64,000 bases of DNA from Eledone cirrhosa (lineage: Eukaryota). Positions 61,030 through 64,000 of the stretch are shown one piece after another. The stretch spans positions 137,454,001-137,518,000 of the forward strand of contig OZ024743.1 in NCBI GenBank assembly GCA_964016885.1, given 5' to 3'. The notes under the pieces are model-generated. The model worked only from the letters and a program-made list of their open reading frames with translations. It did not search any database and was not told where the DNA came from. Numbering within the stretch: the stretch's first letter is position 1; each line of letters opens with the position of its first letter. A program made the translations under genes and the position numbers.

Positions 61030-64000
61030 GGTGTTTTGTGTTTGGTGTTTGATGCTTGGTGTTTGGTGTTTGGTGCTTGGTGCTTGGTGTTTGGTGTTTG
61101 ATGCTTGGTGTTTGGTGTTTGGTGCTTGGTGCTTGGTGTTTGGTGCTTGGTGCTTGGTGTTTGTACTTGGTGCTTGGTGCTTGGTGTTTGGTGCTTGGTG
61201 TTTGTTGCTTGGTGCTTGGTGTTTGGTGCTTGGTGCTTGGTGTTTGGTGCTTGGTGCTTGGTGTTTGGTGCTTGGTTTTTGGTGCTTGGTGCTTGGTGTT
61301 TGTTGTTAGGTGTTTGGTGCTTCATGCTTGGTGCCTGGTGCATGGTGTTTGTTGCTTGGTGCTTGGTGTTTGGTGTTTGGTGTTTGGTGTTTGGTGCTTG
61401 GTGCTTGATGCTTGGTGTTAGGTGTTAGGTGTTTGGTGCTTGGTGCTTGGTGCTTGGTGCTTGGTGCTTGGTGTTTGGTGCTTGCTGCTTGCTTCTTGCT
61501 GCTTGGTGTTTGGTGCTTGGTGATTGATGCTTGGTGTTTGGTGCTTGGTGCTTGGTGCTTGGTGTTTGGTGGTTGGTGCTTGGTGCTTGGTGTTTGGTGC
61601 TAGGTGCTTGGTGCTTGGTGTTTAGGGCTTGGTGTTTGGTGCTTGGTGCTTCGTGCTTGGTGTTTGGTGCTTGGTGCTTGGTGTTTGGTGTTTGGTGCTT
61701 GGTGTTTGGTGCTTGGTGCTTGGTGCTGGGTGGTTGGCGTTCGGTGCTTGGTGCTTGGTGTTTGGTGCTTGGTGCTTGGTGCTTGGTGTTTGGTGCTTGG
61801 TGCTTGGTGCTTGGTCTTTGGTGCTTGGTGTTTGGTGTTTGGTGCTTGTTGCTTGGTGTTTGGTGCTTGGTGCTTGGTGTTAGTGTTTGGTGCTTGGTGC
61901 TTGGGGTTTGTTGTTTGGTTCTTGGTGCTTGGTGTTTGGTGCTTGGTGCTTGGTGTTTGGTGCTTGGTGTTTGGTGTTTGCTGTTTGGTGTTTGGTGTTT
62001 GGTATTTGGTGTTTGCTGTTTGCTGTTTGGTGTCTGCTTTTTGGTGTTTGGTGTTTGCTCTATGGTGTTTGGTGTTTGGTGTTTGGTGTTTCCTATTAGG
62101 TCTTTAGTCTTTCGTGCTTGGTGTTTGGTGCTTGGTGCTTGGTATTTGGTGTTTGGTGCTTGGTGCTTGGTGTTTCGTGCTGCGTGCTTGGTGTTTGGTG
62201 CTTGGTGCTTGGTGCTTGGTGTTTGGTGTTTGGTGTTTGATGTTTGGTGCTTGGTGCTTGGTGTTTGGTGCTTGGTGATTGATGCTTGGTGTTTTGTGCT
62301 TGGTGCTAGGTGTTTGGTTTTTGGTGCTAGGTGCTTGGTGCTTGGTGTTTGGTGCTTGGTGTTTGGTGTTTGGTGCTTGGTGCTTGGTGCTTGGTGTTTG
62401 GTGCTTGGTTCTTGGTGCTTGGTGTTTGGTGTTTGGTGTTTGGTGCTTGGTGCTTGGTGCTGGGAGTTTGGTGCTTGGTGCTTGGTGTTTGCTGCATGGT
62501 GCTTGGTGCTTGGTGTATGTCGCTTGGTGCTTGGTGCTTGGTGTTTGGTGCTTGGTGTTTGGTGTTTGGTGCTTGGTGCTTGGTCTGTGGTGTTTGCTGT
62601 TTGCTGTTTGGTGTTTGGTGTTTGCTGTTTGCTGTTTGGTGTCTGCTTTTTCGTGTTTGGTGTTTGCTGTATGGTGTTTGCTGTTTCATGTTTGGAGTTT
62701 GCTGTTTGCTGTTTGCTGTTTCCTGTTTGCTGTTTGGTGTTTGGTGCTTGGTGCTTGGTGCTTGGTGTTTGGTGTTTGGTGCTTGGGGCTTGATGTTTGG
62801 TGTTTGGTGCTTGGTGTCTGGTGTTTGGTGCTTGGTGCTTGGTGATTAGTGCTTGGTGCTTGCTGCTTGGGGTTTGGTGTTTGGTGCTTGGTGCTTGGTG
62901 TTTGGTGCTTGGTGTTTGGTGTTTGGTGCTTGGTGTTTGGTGTTTGGTGTTTGGTGTTTGGTGTTTGGTGTTTGCTGTTTGCTGTTTGGTGTCTGCTTTT
63001 TGGTGTTTGGTGTTTGCTGTATGGTGTTTGCTGTTTCGTGTTTATTGTTTGCTGTTTGGTGTTTGGTGTTTCCTGTTTGGTCTTTAGTCTTTGGTGCTTG
63101 GTGTTTGGTGCTTGGTGCTTGGTATTTGGTGTTTGGTGCTTGGTGCTTGGTGTTTGGTGCTTGGTGCTTGGTGCTTGTTGTTTGGTGTTTGGTGTTTGGT
63201 GTTTGGTGCTTGGTGCTTGGTGTTTGGTGCTTGGTGCTTGGTGTTTCCTGCTGCGTGCTTGGTGTTTTGTGCCTGGTGCTTGGTGCTTGGTGTTTGGTGT
63301 TTGGTGCTTGGTGTTTGGTGCTTGGTGCTAGGTGCTTGGTGTTTGGTGCTTAGTGCTTGGTGTTTGGTGCTTGGTGCTTCGTGTTTGGTGTTTGCTGTTT
63401 GCTGTTTGGTGTTTGCCGTTTGCTGTTTGGTGTTTGCTGTTTGGTGTTTGGTGTTTGGTGCTTGCTGTTTGGTGCTTGGTGTTTGGTGCTTGGTGCTTGG
63501 TGTTTTGTGTTTGGTGCTTGGGGCTTGATGTTTGGTGTTTGGTGCTTGGTGTTTGGTGCTTGGTGCTTGGTGCTGGGTGTTTGGTGCTTGGTGCTTGGTG
63601 TTTGGTGCATGGTGCTTGGTGCTTGGTGTTTGGTGCTTGGTGTTTGGTGTTTGGTGCTTGGTGCTTGGTGCTTGGTGTTTTGTGTTTGTTGTTTGGTGTT
63701 TGGTGTTTGGTGTTTGCTCTTTGCTGTTTGGTGTCTGCTTTTTCGCGTTTGGTGTTTGCTGTATGGTGTTTGCTGTTTCATGTTTGGTGTTTGGTGCTTG
63801 GTGCTTGGTGCTTGGTGTTTGGTGTTTGGTGCTTGGTGTTTGGTGCTTAGTGCTTGGTGCTTGGTGTTTGGTGCTTGGTGCCTGGTGCTTGTTGTTTGGT
63901 GCTTGGTGCTTGGTGCTTGGTGTTTTGTGTTTGTTGTTTGCTGTTTGATGTTTGGTGTTTGCTCTTTGCTGTTTGGTGTCTGCTTTTTCGTGTTTGCTGC
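61030..64000 (+). repeat. Return to the middle-domain satellite subtype
   Basis: ORF 63091..63528 translates identically to 42331..42768. Markers TTTAGGG, TTTGCCG and TTTCCTGCTGCG are shared with the 33-47 kb region. Confidence 0.78.

Larger units (their letters stand above)
47450..61030 (+). repeat. Tandem dimer of a ~6.8 kb HOR
   Basis: Offsets of 6764 (47571/54335, 48061/54825), 6813 (CCATGG at 49780 and 56593; ORFs 50338/57151) and 6903 (53681/60584). Confidence 0.9.
1..64000 (+). repeat. Heptamer tandem satellite array (TTGGTGC/TTGGTGT)n with minor variants such as TTGCTGT, TTGATGC, TTAGTGC, TTCGTGC and TAGGTGT; runs off both window edges
   Basis: Visible on every line. The 7-bp register is kept throughout in one orientation with no unique sequence. 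All + frames translate to rotations of WCLV(L/F)G(A/V) and all - frames to KHQ(A/T)P(S/N)T, as expected for a 7-mer. Confidence 0.99.

Noticed and set aside
56706-61343. 1545-aa minus-strand ORF of KHQ(A/T)P(S/N)T repeats
   Set aside because: The consensus has no stop in any frame, so stops arise only from rare variants. The internal 1839-bp period is divisible by 3, so an open frame is simply repeated. There is no unique N- or C-terminal domain, and homologous segments elsewhere are not kept open.
1-64000. Hundreds of hydrophobic W/C/L/V/G-rich plus-strand ORFs resembling membrane proteins
   Set aside because: They overlap in all three frames with the same heptapeptide, mostly start at alternative TTG/GTG codons, and show no frame preference.
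1-64000. CRISPR-like reading (landmark cassettes as repeats, intervening DNA as spacers)
   Set aside because: The intervals are hundreds to thousands of bp of the same heptamer rather than unique spacers, and there are no cas genes or leader.
1-64000. Active telomerase-synthesised telomere tract
   Set aside because: Multi-kb blocks with identical rare variants require DNA-level duplication, and the unit matches no canonical telomere repeat I can name.
1-64000. RIP or CpG-deamination signature explaining the variants
   Set aside because: A remains very rare despite abundant TG targets. Variants include many transversions (G>C, G>T, T>A), and the C/T site is in a CTT context rather than CpG.
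1-64000. Bacterial heptamer repeats (cyanobacterial STRR-like) or an embedded mobile element
   Set aside because: Those tracts are short and lie between genes. Here there is no unique sequence, terminal repeat or inversion in 64 kb.

Overview
The whole 64 kb is one uninterrupted, single-orientation satellite array of the heptamer TTGGTG(C/T) (reverse strand (G/A)CACCAA), about 9,100 units. The + strand is almost all G and T, and A occurs only in scattered variant units. I find no supportable gene, RNA gene, transposon or CRISPR array. The ORFs in the track are artefacts of a 7-mer that has no stop codon in any frame. The real information is in the variant units, which reveal a nested higher-order repeat (HOR) structure. 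A diverged landmark cassette (TCTGCTTTTT...GCTGTATGG) recurs about 60 times, and there are small in-register duplications of 105, 245, 294 and 301 bp. Larger near-identical blocks have periods of 1839, 2078, about 2433, 5846-6310, 6522, 8670 and 6764-6903 bp, read from offsets of identical ORFs and spot-checked on marker motifs. These fall into three domains: about 1-32.7 kb; about 32.7-47.4 kb plus 61-64 kb; and about 47.4-61 kb. This looks like eukaryotic heterochromatic, centromeric or telomere-like satellite DNA. The organism and function cannot be determined from the sequence.
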